Source: Bacteroidia bacterium
GTDB taxonomy: Bacteria > Bacteroidota > Bacteroidia > NS11-12g > UBA955
Reading direction: 5' to 3'
DNA length: 64,000 bases
Assembly (NCBI GenBank): GCA_041690035.1
Contig: JBDNFC010000046.1
Location: forward strand, 726-64,725
Shown here: piece by piece, positions 20,367 to 29,409 of the stretch
How positions within the stretch are numbered: position 1 is the first letter of the stretch
How the letters are laid out: every line of letters starts with the position of its first letter
Made by a program: the position numbers and the translations under genes
Notes under the pieces: generated by a model
Database searches by the model: none
Told to the model about the DNA's origin: nothing
The model's input: only the letters and a program-made list of their open reading frames with translations

Positions 20367-21353
20367 TTATACATCGGTTATCACATCAAAACCTTTAAAA
20401 CTGCCCACAATAGCTAGACAAATGATTTTTTGTGCCAAGTTTTTTTCTCTAATTTTTTTGGCAATTTGATTGAGGGTAGCTCCAGATCCTACCGCGTCAT
20501 CTATCATCAAAATATTTTTGTAGGGTTTGCTGTCATACACCATAAAAGAGTAATCAGCATTGGCAATTCTTTCATCTAGTTTATTAAGTGATTTTTGTGG
20601 AATAGCAATCTGATTGATAATTTTCATCACATTGATTTGAGGCAACCCAAAGTGTAGATTTTCTCTCAAAAAAGTCATTATTTGAACCTCTCTTTTAATG
20701 GTTGGGGGCACAAAGATAATGGCTTCTATTTGCTGCTCTTTTATAAATTGTTCTACTTTTGTTTTTATTTCATTTAGTATTTTTAGCATCAAAAATTTGT
20801 TTTGTCCTTGTTTGGCAAAATGCAGCAAAGTGCCTAGTTTGGTTTTGCCAAATCTCTCTATTGCATAAAAATCTAAGTAGTATAGGCTATCAATAAAAAT
20901 ATGCGAGAACCCAACGGTTTTTTTTAGTTTATCTGTGCCATCTATTAGTCCGTTTGGCAAATAGTATTGCGCATATTTTTTTAGTGTTGTTTTATATTCT
21001 GCCCATGTTTTAGCTATAGGCAATTTTCTTTTTAGACACCAATTGGCAAAGGCTTTTTCTCCTGTTATATATTCTCCTGTGGCGCTGATAAGCAAAAATT
21101 CATTTGCTAGTATGGTGTCTTTAGTTTTAAATTCTACGAGAGGCTCTTCTATAATGTTTGCTGTTTCTATCTCTTTTTTGCAATAGATGGTTTTTGGCGG
21201 CAAACCTCTTTTTTCTATTTTATTTAGCGCAATAAAATCCAACAATATTCGGTGGACTAATTGTTTAGAGAAACCGGTTTCTCTTACTATCTGTGCAACA
21301 GAAGTTTGTTTTTTAGTTTCAAAAAGAAGCGCTATTTGTTGCCGAGCTTTCAT
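20367..21353 (-). CDS. Winged-HTH + ComF-like phosphoribosyltransferase
   Basis: N-terminal SVAQIVRETGFSKQLVHRIL...KIEKRG (wHTH); IIFVPPT, QKSL..LDERIAN, NILMIDDAVGSGATL (PRPP-binding loop). Confidence 0.85.
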   Translation of the reverse strand: MKARQQIALLFETKKQTSVAQIVRETGFSKQLVHRILLDFIALNKIEKRGLPPKTIYCKKEIETANIIEEPLVEFKTKDTILANEFLLISATGEYITGEKAFANWCLKRKLPIAKTWAEYKTTLKKYAQYYLPNGLIDGTDKLKKTVGFSHIFIDSLYYLDFYAIERFGKTKLGTLLHFAKQGQNKFLMLKILNEIKTKVEQFIKEQQIEAIIFVPPTIKREVQIMTFLRENLHFGLPQINVMKIINQIAIPQKSLNKLDERIANADYSFMVYDSKPYKNILMIDDAVGSGATLNQIAKKIREKNLAQKIICLAIVGSFKGFDVITDV

Positions 21354-21383
21354 AATTTAATCCAACAAATATACAATAATTAG

Positions 21384-21415
21384 TTTACTATTTACTATGT
21401 ATAGTAAATAGTAAA
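21384..21415. promoter_or_regulatory. Perfect 15-bp inverted repeat (candidate operator) upstream of the wHTH-PRTase
   Basis: TTTACTATTTACTAT-GT-ATAGTAAATAGTAAA, directly upstream of the TATATTTG -7 element at 21366-21373 (minus strand). Confidence 0.7.
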
Positions 21416-21470
21416 TAGTATAAAGTCTTTAATGCAGTATACATAAAGATAAATAACAATTTTTTTTTAC

Positions 21471-21643
21471 CCCAGATTACGCATTTGAGATTCTAATTAC
21501 AGCCAAAACTACTTCAAACACAAGCGTATTCACGATTTTCATTCTTAAAATAGAACTACTATTCTCGTTAATTATAATCTTGTGGCCCACTTATTTTTAT
21601 TGCATTTTTGACTGACATTGCAAACGCTAATGCGTAATCTGGG
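21471..21643. mobile_element. MITE-like element or internally deleted IS remnant, 173 bp
   Basis: Perfect 15-bp terminal inverted repeats CCCAGATTACGCATT (21471-21485) and AATGCGTAATCTGGG (21629-21643); no transposase; no clear target-site duplication. Confidence 0.65.
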
Positions 21644-21728
21644 TTTAATATTGTGACTGCATTGCTGCAAATGTTTAATTGTATAAATGGGCAATAGGTA
21701 AGCTGGCGTTTTTTATATTAAATGCCTA

Positions 21729-24029
21729 TTAAAAATTTACTACAAGTTTAAAATGAATATTTCTGCCTGTTTCATCGGCAAAATATCGCATTCTGTTTAG
21801 ATAGTCTCTGTATGAATGGTCAAAAACATTATCAATTGAAATGCCAAACGTCATTTCTTTATTAAAAAATTGGGTGTGCAAAGCTAAGGATAGGTTGGCA
21901 ATAAAAAAATCGGGTGGTGGGGCTTTAAAATCTTGATTTGCTTCTATGCCATTAACAGCTAATACATACCTGGGTTGAAATTTTATTTCAAGTTTTGATG
22001 TGTGATAATTTATTTTTTTTCTATATGATATTAAACCTGATAACTGCGCTGGAGGAATATAAATGAGTTTATTTTTATCTATCCTATTATAGCCAGCATA
22101 CCAAGCAGCATTTACATTAAATAGCCAATTTTTATTTTGATCATAGTTTACAAAAAATGTAGATCCTAAAATATCTGCATTGGTTTGTTGATAAATAAAG
22201 AGTGGGAAAGCACCTCTGATTGTTAGCCTAAAATCTGGTTGTGGTTGTAGATAGATAAATCCATTTATTCGTTGCACAAAAGATTCTAAAGAAACACTCA
22301 AGGCATGATGTATTTCTTTTTTTATTGCAATTTGCCATTTTAATGATTTTTCCATTTTCAATAAACTATTGCCTTCTTCTATGCCACTCACACCTTGATG
22401 TAAGCCAAAACTATAAAGTTCATTAATTCCAGGCATTCTTTGCACATAAAGTAGGTCTGTTTTTATTTGTAATTGATTTTTAAAATTATGCAAAAAACCT
22501 GCTGCTGCACTCGCACCTAAAAATTGTTTTTTATCATTTTTGGGTATATTTCCTACAATTGTACGCAGATAAAGTGTACTATTTATATGTGCATAATCTA
22601 GTCTTGCTGATGTTTTAAAATGGCTATTTTTCTTATCTAAATTTAGACATCCAAAGATGCCACCACCAAATTTGTTATAATTAGGTATGAGCGGTAATAT
22701 GCCTGTGCCAGCTACATTGTTGTTCCAGTCAAAAGAGGGTTGAAAACCAAACTCTGAGCTTAGATTTTTACTTAGATTTTTACTAAGTTTTAATTCTGCA
22801 TAATGGCCCCATTTATTTAAGCTTAGGCTTGGCCTATCGGTTCTATTGCCTCTTCTTATATCAAATTCTTTTCTAGTATTTTGTTGGGCATTATAAATGA
22901 AAGACCAAGTGTTTTTTAAATTTATAAACCACATTTTTTTTAAAGAAAGTGTTTGATGGGTAACTTGCTGAGAAGGCGCCATTGTATTTCTGCTAAAATT
23001 ATTTTCTGTAAAAAAAGGAACACTTGCATTTATTGCATTGCTCAAATCTGTTAAATTGCCAATATGTGCACCTCTTAAAATTCCTAGATTAGAATTAAAA
23101 ATTTGGTAATTAATTCTCCAAAATTTTTTTTCACCTGATTTTTCTGCTTGTAAACTAAAATTGAGTTCTTTTTTTGATGTATTGGTCAAAAAATATCGAG
23201 GAGTTTGCATATCGCCAACATTTTTATAGGTAATAATGGTTCTTAAACCAATTTTTCCACCTTTGTTTAAAATTATATTTGCATTATGCCCTCTGCCATT
23301 GCTGCTATAAGTGTAGTTTGCCAATCCGTGCAAGTGTGGGTCTTTATCGATGTTTTTTTTCTCTATTACTAATATGCCGCTTATAGCAGCAGAAGGGTAA
23401 GAGAGTAACTCTGGGCCTTTAATTAGGCTAATGCTAGAGGCAGTCAAGCCATCTATTTCGGGTGCATGGTCATTGCCCCATTGTTGGCTATTCAATAATA
23501 CCCCATTATCTACTATACCCACCCTATTGCCATATAATCCATCGATAATAGGTTTTGAAACATTGCCTGTTTTTAAAACAGAAACACCAGGTAAAGCACT
23601 AGCCATATCAGCAAAGCTTTTTTCGTTTGATGCAATAATTTGATTGCTATTTAATCTAAAAAGAGGATATTCATCATGGCTTTTTCCTTGTAACACTAGT
23701 GGCTTTATTTGATGGTAATCATGTTCTAGGTAAAAAGTAATTTGTGTATCTTTAGTTAATACCAAATATATTAATTGTGTTTCGCAGCCAGGGTGTGTTA
23801 TTTTAAGGTGTATTTTTGCACATAAGCTATCTGCAAAAAACACACCTGCACTATCTGTATTATAAGGTCTGTTATTAACTTTTACAATGGTGTGGGTTAA
23901 AGAAAGCTCATGCTCATAATCAAGCACCTTGCCTGATAACTTGAACTTGCATTCTTGCCCAAAACCATTATTGGGGGCGAGAAAAATTAATTGGACTAAG
24001 AGGCTACTTAATAAAAATCGGAAAATCAA
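21729..24029 (-). CDS. TonB-dependent receptor, probable metal (Zn/Ni/Co) uptake type
   Basis: Carboxypeptidase-regulatory-like N-domain, plug (LPGVSVLKTG..SKPIIDGLYGNR, QQWGNDHAPEID), ELYSFGLHQG, C-terminal GRNIHFKLVVNF. Start uncertain: TTG 24029 preferred over 24080. Confidence 0.9.
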   Translation of the reverse strand: MIFRFLLSSLLVQLIFLAPNNGFGQECKFKLSGKVLDYEHELSLTHTIVKVNNRPYNTDSAGVFFADSLCAKIHLKITHPGCETQLIYLVLTKDTQITFYLEHDYHQIKPLVLQGKSHDEYPLFRLNSNQIIASNEKSFADMASALPGVSVLKTGNVSKPIIDGLYGNRVGIVDNGVLLNSQQWGNDHAPEIDGLTASSISLIKGPELLSYPSAAISGILVIEKKNIDKDPHLHGLANYTYSSNGRGHNANIILNKGGKIGLRTIITYKNVGDMQTPRYFLTNTSKKELNFSLQAEKSGEKKFWRINYQIFNSNLGILRGAHIGNLTDLSNAINASVPFFTENNFSRNTMAPSQQVTHQTLSLKKMWFINLKNTWSFIYNAQQNTRKEFDIRRGNRTDRPSLSLNKWGHYAELKLSKNLSKNLSSEFGFQPSFDWNNNVAGTGILPLIPNYNKFGGGIFGCLNLDKKNSHFKTSARLDYAHINSTLYLRTIVGNIPKNDKKQFLGASAAAGFLHNFKNQLQIKTDLLYVQRMPGINELYSFGLHQGVSGIEEGNSLLKMEKSLKWQIAIKKEIHHALSVSLESFVQRINGFIYLQPQPDFRLTIRGAFPLFIYQQTNADILGSTFFVNYDQNKNWLFNVNAAWYAGYNRIDKNKLIYIPPAQLSGLISYRKKINYHTSKLEIKFQPRYVLAVNGIEANQDFKAPPPDFFIANLSLALHTQFFNKEMTFGISIDNVFDHSYRDYLNRMRYFADETGRNIHFKLVVNF

Positions 24030-24564
24030 CTTCGATATCTGTTTCTCCTTTGGCATTTGTAATGTCTCCATTGGCAACATTATTACCTGCTTTATTGGGT
24101 TCGTGTCTTAGTGTAATTTTTAGGCTCCCTTTTACAGATTTTGATGCGGTAAATTCTGCAGATAAGCCAAGTGGCCTGCCATCACCATCGGCATCAGTGT
24201 ATTTTATTGTTCCAAGATTTGAATTGGAAAGTTGGTAAAATACTTGATGATCTTTACCTTCATTTCTTATTTCTGCAGTGATGTCTTTTGCAGGATTTTC
24301 TGCCTCGTTAATAAATTCTAAAACTAAATTATATATTTTGTTGCTATCTAAACTGTCTGTAACTATAGAAGCTACATTGGCACCATCGCCATCTAAGTCT
24401 TTGTATATAAAAAATTTAGCTGATCCACCACCAACGGGTGTTAAGGTTACTTTTAAAGTGGTAATGAGTTCTTCTTCGTGATCATGATCATCTTTTTTAC
24501 AAGATTGGATTAGCAAAGCGGGAAGTGCAATCGCAAATATTATGCTTTTTAATTTAATTTTCAT
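24004..24564 (-). CDS. His/acidic-rich lipoprotein partner of the TonB-dependent receptor
   Basis: Lipobox LIQSC then KKDDHDHEEELITT; DHQVFY, LRHEPNK, GETDIEVDFP. Confidence 0.8.
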   Translation of the reverse strand: MKIKLKSIIFAIALPALLIQSCKKDDHDHEEELITTLKVTLTPVGGGSAKFFIYKDLDGDGANVASIVTDSLDSNKIYNLVLEFINEAENPAKDITAEIRNEGKDHQVFYQLSNSNLGTIKYTDADGDGRPLGLSAEFTASKSVKGSLKITLRHEPNKAGNNVANGDITNAKGETDIEVDFPIFIK

Positions 24565-24680
24565 TTCTTTTTTTTATTTTAATTATGACATGCAATAATA
24601 GCAGAATAAAATCAAAATAAATCATTTATCTATCGAAATAACTTTAGTATTTATCGATTTATTATTAGAATTCTACCTTA

Positions 24681-26663
24681 TTACTGAACAATGATTTTTT
24701 CAAAAAACATTCCTTCATTGGTTTCAAATTTTACAAAATAAATTCCTGAAATTGAAATATTGAAACTGCTGTTTTCAGCGGCTATGTTTTTTTTCAATAC
24801 CAATTTTCCTAAATAATCATAGACAAATAAATTGCCTGTTTTTTCTAAATTAAATATACCATCGTGACTGGGGTTGGGAAAAATTTTAAAAGTAGATTTT
24901 TGCGCATAAATTGCAGCGTTAGTAAATTGGTAAATATCGAAAAAGGAGTCAAAACAGTCGGGAATATCGAATCCTCTTGAAAGTGAAACACTCACTTTTT
25001 GGTTGTTAAAAGGATTGCCAAATGGAGGCTTAGAAAGATTTACTAAACTATAGAAAAAAGGAATATTTAAGGTAAAAGGGCTTTCAAAAATATTGCTAGA
25101 ATGATATGCATAGCTTACCTTGTATTGAGCAGAAGTGTTTGTGGGTGTTAAATTATTTTTTACCAAATTTCCATATTGATAGTGACCTTTATCCTGTAAT
25201 AAATACAGCCCTTTTAAAAAAGCGATGTTGGTGATTTCATTTCCAATAAATATTTGACTATCAGAGCCATTAGAAGCTGAATAAAATATGCCATAGTTTT
25301 GTAGCCAATTTCGGTTAAATAGATTGAAAGGGCCATTTTTGCCATGGGAGTCGTCTATCACTATTTGTTGAGCTACATTAAATTCAAATAAATTTGCAAA
25401 AGGATAGTTTCCATGCAATACCAAGTCGCCTGCTGCATCTGCAGGTAATCTTACATCGGTCCAAAAAGGATTGCTGGAATAATTTGCTAAAATAATGTTT
25501 TTATTTGCACCACTTTGTAGAAGTATGCTATGTCTTAACTGGGTTAAAACATTGTCAGAAATGGTGTTTGATGATGAGCCTTCTTGCAATACCACTCCAT
25601 AACCTTTGCCGCCATTGCCGTAATTATTGGCCCTGAGTATTAAATTTCTTTTAATCAAGTTCATAAAACTGTTGTTGAGGGTAATATGTGCAAAGTTACA
25701 TTGCTCAGATTTGATAGATTTTACCAAACAAAATGTTGCGTTGGTTAATAATATATTTGATGTTTGGCTTGCAGTTGTATCCAATCGTTTAATACTAAAG
25801 CACATTAATCCTGCGTTTTTAATTTCATCAAAAAATAAAATTTTCGTGTTTTGAGCACCACTTTCGTATTGCAAGGCTGTAGAAACAATGTTTAAATTTT
25901 CATTGTAAAAAAGTATGTCCTTGTCTTGTTTATAAAAGGCATTTTGTTTTATATTATAGTATTGATTATTAATTAACTGGGGGTCATTTAGTATAAAATG
26001 TTCTTTTATACTGCCTTTTGCCCAATTGTTTGTAATAAGACCACTGTCGTTTATTTTTACAATTGCTGCAAAAAGCTGTCTATTTTCAAAGTCTAAAATT
26101 TTATTTGAAATATTGCGGTCTAATATCAAATATTCGCTACCTTTAGGGGTAGAAAATATTAAGGGTGTTTCAGCAATGGGTAATATTTCAGCCGGTTTTA
26201 AGTTAAAACAAGGTTTATTTTCGCCCACTTGACAATAAAATTCTGTTTGATTTATTCCACTACCTTTAATCACTATATTTGATTTTAATTCAATACTTTT
26301 TTTTAATAAATATTTTCCATTATTGATAAGTATAAAGGCAATTTCATTTTCTTTTAACTTATTGCTTGCTCGTGCTATATAATAATTAAGGGTGTCAGAT
26401 ATATCTATGTTGCCACTGCTATCTAACGCGCTATTTGGTATACGGTAAATATAAAATGGGTGGCTTGAATTAAAATAATACCAGCTGTCTTGCTTTATAG
26501 TTGAACTTTCTTTTTCTAATATTTGATGCGATATTTCTATAGCATTATATAACACTGGGTTATATTGATGTGACAGGTATTGATTTGGCAGCTCTATTGT
26601 TTGCGCAGAGACAGGGCATGCAAATAAAATTGCATAAAAAGCCAAAAGTGTATTTTTAAACAT
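24681..26663 (-). CDS. T9SS-secreted right-handed beta-helix protein (pectate-lyase/GH28-related fold)
   Basis: GKYLLKKSIELKSNIVIKGSG; PbH1-like repeats (GKGYGVVLQ, LRHSILLQSGANKN, LHGNYPFANLFEFN); C-terminal IFPNPS...GIYFVKF. Confidence 0.8.
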   Translation of the reverse strand: MFKNTLLAFYAILFACPVSAQTIELPNQYLSHQYNPVLYNAIEISHQILEKESSTIKQDSWYYFNSSHPFYIYRIPNSALDSSGNIDISDTLNYYIARASNKLKENEIAFILINNGKYLLKKSIELKSNIVIKGSGINQTEFYCQVGENKPCFNLKPAEILPIAETPLIFSTPKGSEYLILDRNISNKILDFENRQLFAAIVKINDSGLITNNWAKGSIKEHFILNDPQLINNQYYNIKQNAFYKQDKDILFYNENLNIVSTALQYESGAQNTKILFFDEIKNAGLMCFSIKRLDTTASQTSNILLTNATFCLVKSIKSEQCNFAHITLNNSFMNLIKRNLILRANNYGNGGKGYGVVLQEGSSSNTISDNVLTQLRHSILLQSGANKNIILANYSSNPFWTDVRLPADAAGDLVLHGNYPFANLFEFNVAQQIVIDDSHGKNGPFNLFNRNWLQNYGIFYSASNGSDSQIFIGNEITNIAFLKGLYLLQDKGHYQYGNLVKNNLTPTNTSAQYKVSYAYHSSNIFESPFTLNIPFFYSLVNLSKPPFGNPFNNQKVSVSLSRGFDIPDCFDSFFDIYQFTNAAIYAQKSTFKIFPNPSHDGIFNLEKTGNLFVYDYLGKLVLKKNIAAENSSFNISISGIYFVKFETNEGMFFEKIIVQ

Positions 26664-26731
26664 ATTACAAATATAATGGTATTAGAGATATAAATTAATG
26701 GCATTGGCAATAAATATTGCGGCATATTTTT

Positions 26732-26762
26732 TTTGAAATATAAAATAATAAAAGTACATTTG
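26732..26762 (+). promoter_or_regulatory. Bacteroidota primary-sigma promoter of rpsA
   Basis: TTTG (26732-26735), 19-nt spacer, TACATTTG (26755-26762). Confidence 0.75.
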
Positions 26763-26802
26763 CAGCCCTTTTTAAATAAAAGGTAAAGGAGGAATTAAAA
26801 TT

Positions 26803-29106
26803 TTGACAACAGAAGAAAACAAACAAGAATTGGAAAAGGAGGCCGTTGATCCTAGCACTGAAAATGAAACTAACACAGTTTTAAACACAGTTGAAACCAC
26901 GGAAGAAGCAGTAAAACCAGCAAAAAAATCAAGCTCTAGCGTTGCAGAGCACGAAGATTTTGATTGGTCTATGGACAAAGAAGGCTTTTCTACCTACAGT
27001 GAAAATGAATTATCTAGCATGGCTAATAATTACACTAACACCTTTAGCAATATTGAAGAAAATCAAGTTGTTACAGGAAAAATTGTAGCTTTTAGCGGCA
27101 AAGATGTAGTTGTAAATGTAGGCTTTAAATCAGATGGTATTGTACCAGCAAATGAATTTAAAAATATCGATGAATTAAAAGTAGGCGATGAAATTGAACT
27201 TTTTGTTGAACACAAAGAAGATGCCAATGGACAGCTAATATTATCAAGAAGAAAAGCAAGGCAAGAGCATGCTTGGGGTGATATTGTTAAAGCCATGGAA
27301 GAAGAAATTACGGTTACAGGACACGTTAAATCTAGAACAAAAGGAGGATTGGTAGTAGATATTTATGGAATTGATACCTTCTTACCAGGTTCTCAAATAG
27401 ATATAAAACCTATCAGAGATTACGATGTATATGTAGGTAAAGATATGGAGTTTAAAGTAGTGAAAATTAACGAACAGTTTAAGAATGTTGTAATATCACA
27501 CAAAGCTTTGATTGAAGATGATATAGAAGCACAAAAATCTGATATTCTTTCTAAAATGGAAAAAGGTCAAATACTTGAAGGCATTGTAAAGAATATGACA
27601 TCATTTGGAGTGTTTGTTGATTTAGGTGGCATAGATGGTTTATTGCACATAACAGATATTTCTTGGAGCAGAATTAGCAACCCAGAAGAAGTATTATCAT
27701 TAGATGAGAAAATCACTGTTGTGGTGCTTGACTTTGATGATGAGAAAAAACGTATTTCATTAGGCTTAAAACAATTACAAGAGCATCCTTGGAGTCAGCT
27801 TGATCCGTCTCTTGCAGAAGGAAGTAAAGTAACTGGAAAAGTAGTAACACTTACAGATTATGGTGCATTTATAGAAGTGGCCTCAGGTGTAGAAGGTTTA
27901 GTGCATGTATCAGAGATGAGCTGGAGTCAGCACCTTAGAAATCCAAATGAATTTTTGAAAGTAGGTGATGACGTAGAAGCGATTGTATTGGCGCTAGATA
28001 AAGATGAGCATAAAATGTCATTGGGTATTAAACAATTGGTTCCAGATCCATGGGCTGTTATTGGTACTAAATTTAAAGTTGGAACAAAACATAAAGGTAT
28101 TATCAAAAATTTGACAAACTATGGAGTATTTGTTGAATTAGAAGAAGGTGTTGATGGCTTGTTGCACGTTTCTGACCTATCATGGAATAAAAAAATCAAT
28201 CACCCAGCAGAGTTTGTGAAAAAAGACCAAGAGTTAGAAGTATTGGTGCTAGATGTAGATATGGAAAACAGACGATTAAGTTTAGGACACAAACAATTAG
28301 AAGAAAATCCTTGGGATACTTTTGAAACCATATTTAATGAAGGCAGCAGACACAATGGATCTATTGCAACAATAAACGATAAAGGCGCTACTGTGCAATT
28401 AGATTATGGCATTGAAGGTTTTGTGCCAACACGTCATTTGAAAAAAGCAGATAAAACTAACCCTAAAGTAGACGAAGTTTTAGAAATGGAAGTGATAGAG
28501 TTTAATAAAGAGAATCGCAGAATTATTCTTTCTCATACCAATCTTTGGAAAGCAGAAGAGAGAGAAAACGATGAGCGTGATCAAAACGATAAAGCAGATA
28601 TTAAAAAAAGAACGACAAAAACCATTAAGAACTTAAATAGCAATGTTGAAAGATCTACATTGGGTGAAATGGGGGGTGGACTTGCTGAACTAAAAGCAGC
28701 TTTGGAAAAAGCAGAAAGTGCACCAACTAAAGCAAAGAAAGTTGAAGCAAAAGCAGAACCAAAAACCGAAGCAAAGGCAGAATCCAAAGTAGAAGCAAAA
28801 ACCGAAGTAAAGGCAAAATCAAAAGTAGAAACAAAAGTAAAAGCTGAAACTAAAGTTGAGCCAAATATAGAAAAAGTAACAAAAGAAAAAGCTACTGCAA
28901 AAAAAGTAAGTAAAGGCGATGATTTAAAAGCAATTAGTAAAATTGGTCCGGCTTTTGAAAAAAGGCTAAATGCGCTAGGCATTTCTACTTATAAAGATTT
29001 AGCAAACCTAACAGAGGCAAAAATAGTAGAGCTTGAAAAAGCCGATAGTATGACGAGTATCGAGCAATGGAATGTTTGGATAGAAGAAGCCAAAAAATTA
29101 GCTTAA
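26803..29106 (+). CDS. rpsA: 30S ribosomal protein S1 with C-terminal low-complexity linker and HhH domain
   Basis: Six S1 repeats (FLPGSQID, GVFVDLGGIDGLLHITDISW, GLVHVSEMSW, GLLHVSDLSW); STLGEM end-of-S1 motif followed by about 140 extra aa. Confidence 0.97.
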   Translation: MTTEENKQELEKEAVDPSTENETNTVLNTVETTEEAVKPAKKSSSSVAEHEDFDWSMDKEGFSTYSENELSSMANNYTNTFSNIEENQVVTGKIVAFSGKDVVVNVGFKSDGIVPANEFKNIDELKVGDEIELFVEHKEDANGQLILSRRKARQEHAWGDIVKAMEEEITVTGHVKSRTKGGLVVDIYGIDTFLPGSQIDIKPIRDYDVYVGKDMEFKVVKINEQFKNVVISHKALIEDDIEAQKSDILSKMEKGQILEGIVKNMTSFGVFVDLGGIDGLLHITDISWSRISNPEEVLSLDEKITVVVLDFDDEKKRISLGLKQLQEHPWSQLDPSLAEGSKVTGKVVTLTDYGAFIEVASGVEGLVHVSEMSWSQHLRNPNEFLKVGDDVEAIVLALDKDEHKMSLGIKQLVPDPWAVIGTKFKVGTKHKGIIKNLTNYGVFVELEEGVDGLLHVSDLSWNKKINHPAEFVKKDQELEVLVLDVDMENRRLSLGHKQLEENPWDTFETIFNEGSRHNGSIATINDKGATVQLDYGIEGFVPTRHLKKADKTNPKVDEVLEMEVIEFNKENRRIILSHTNLWKAEERENDERDQNDKADIKKRTTKTIKNLNSNVERSTLGEMGGGLAELKAALEKAESAPTKAKKVEAKAEPKTEAKAESKVEAKTEVKAKSKVETKVKAETKVEPNIEKVTKEKATAKKVSKGDDLKAISKIGPAFEKRLNALGISTYKDLANLTEAKIVELEKADSMTSIEQWNVWIEEAKKLA
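28738..28866 (+). repeat. Degenerate 12-bp (4-aa, KxEx) tandem repeat in the rpsA tail
   Basis: KVEAKAEPKTEAKAESKVEAKTEVKAKSKVETKVKAETKVEP. Confidence 0.8.
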
Positions 29107-29118
29107 TAATTATCTTTT

Positions 29119-29151
29119 AAAAAAAAGCCCGCTAATAGCGGGCTTTTTTTT
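29119..29151 (+). terminator. Intrinsic terminator after rpsA (bidirectional architecture)
   Basis: A8-GCCCGCTAATAGCGGGC-T8. Confidence 0.92.
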
Positions 29152-29409
29152 GCATTGTACTCTATATCGAAATTAAAATTTTAGTTTTTTAATGCCCAAA
29201 CAAAAAAAATATGCAACTCAAATAGCTTTTATTGTATATTGCTTAAGGTATCAATAGTATTTTTTTGACTATAGACATCATGATAGAATCAATATTAAAA
29301 TCAATTATATATATAATAGATTTACTGTAAAATAGCTGATTTTATAAATAGTGTTTTGAAATAAAATTTGCAAAGAATTTAAGAAGATATTAATTTAATG
29401 TTTTAGAAA

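Noticed and set aside
24030-24080. 77-nt overlap between the TonB receptor ORF and the lipoprotein gene
   Set aside because: Likely an over-extended start call; the hydrophobic signal peptide begins at TTG 24029.
24591-24603. TGCAATAATAGCA as a possible Zur/Fur-type box upstream of the metal-uptake pair
   Set aside because: Imperfect and short palindrome; not convincing without a position weight matrix.
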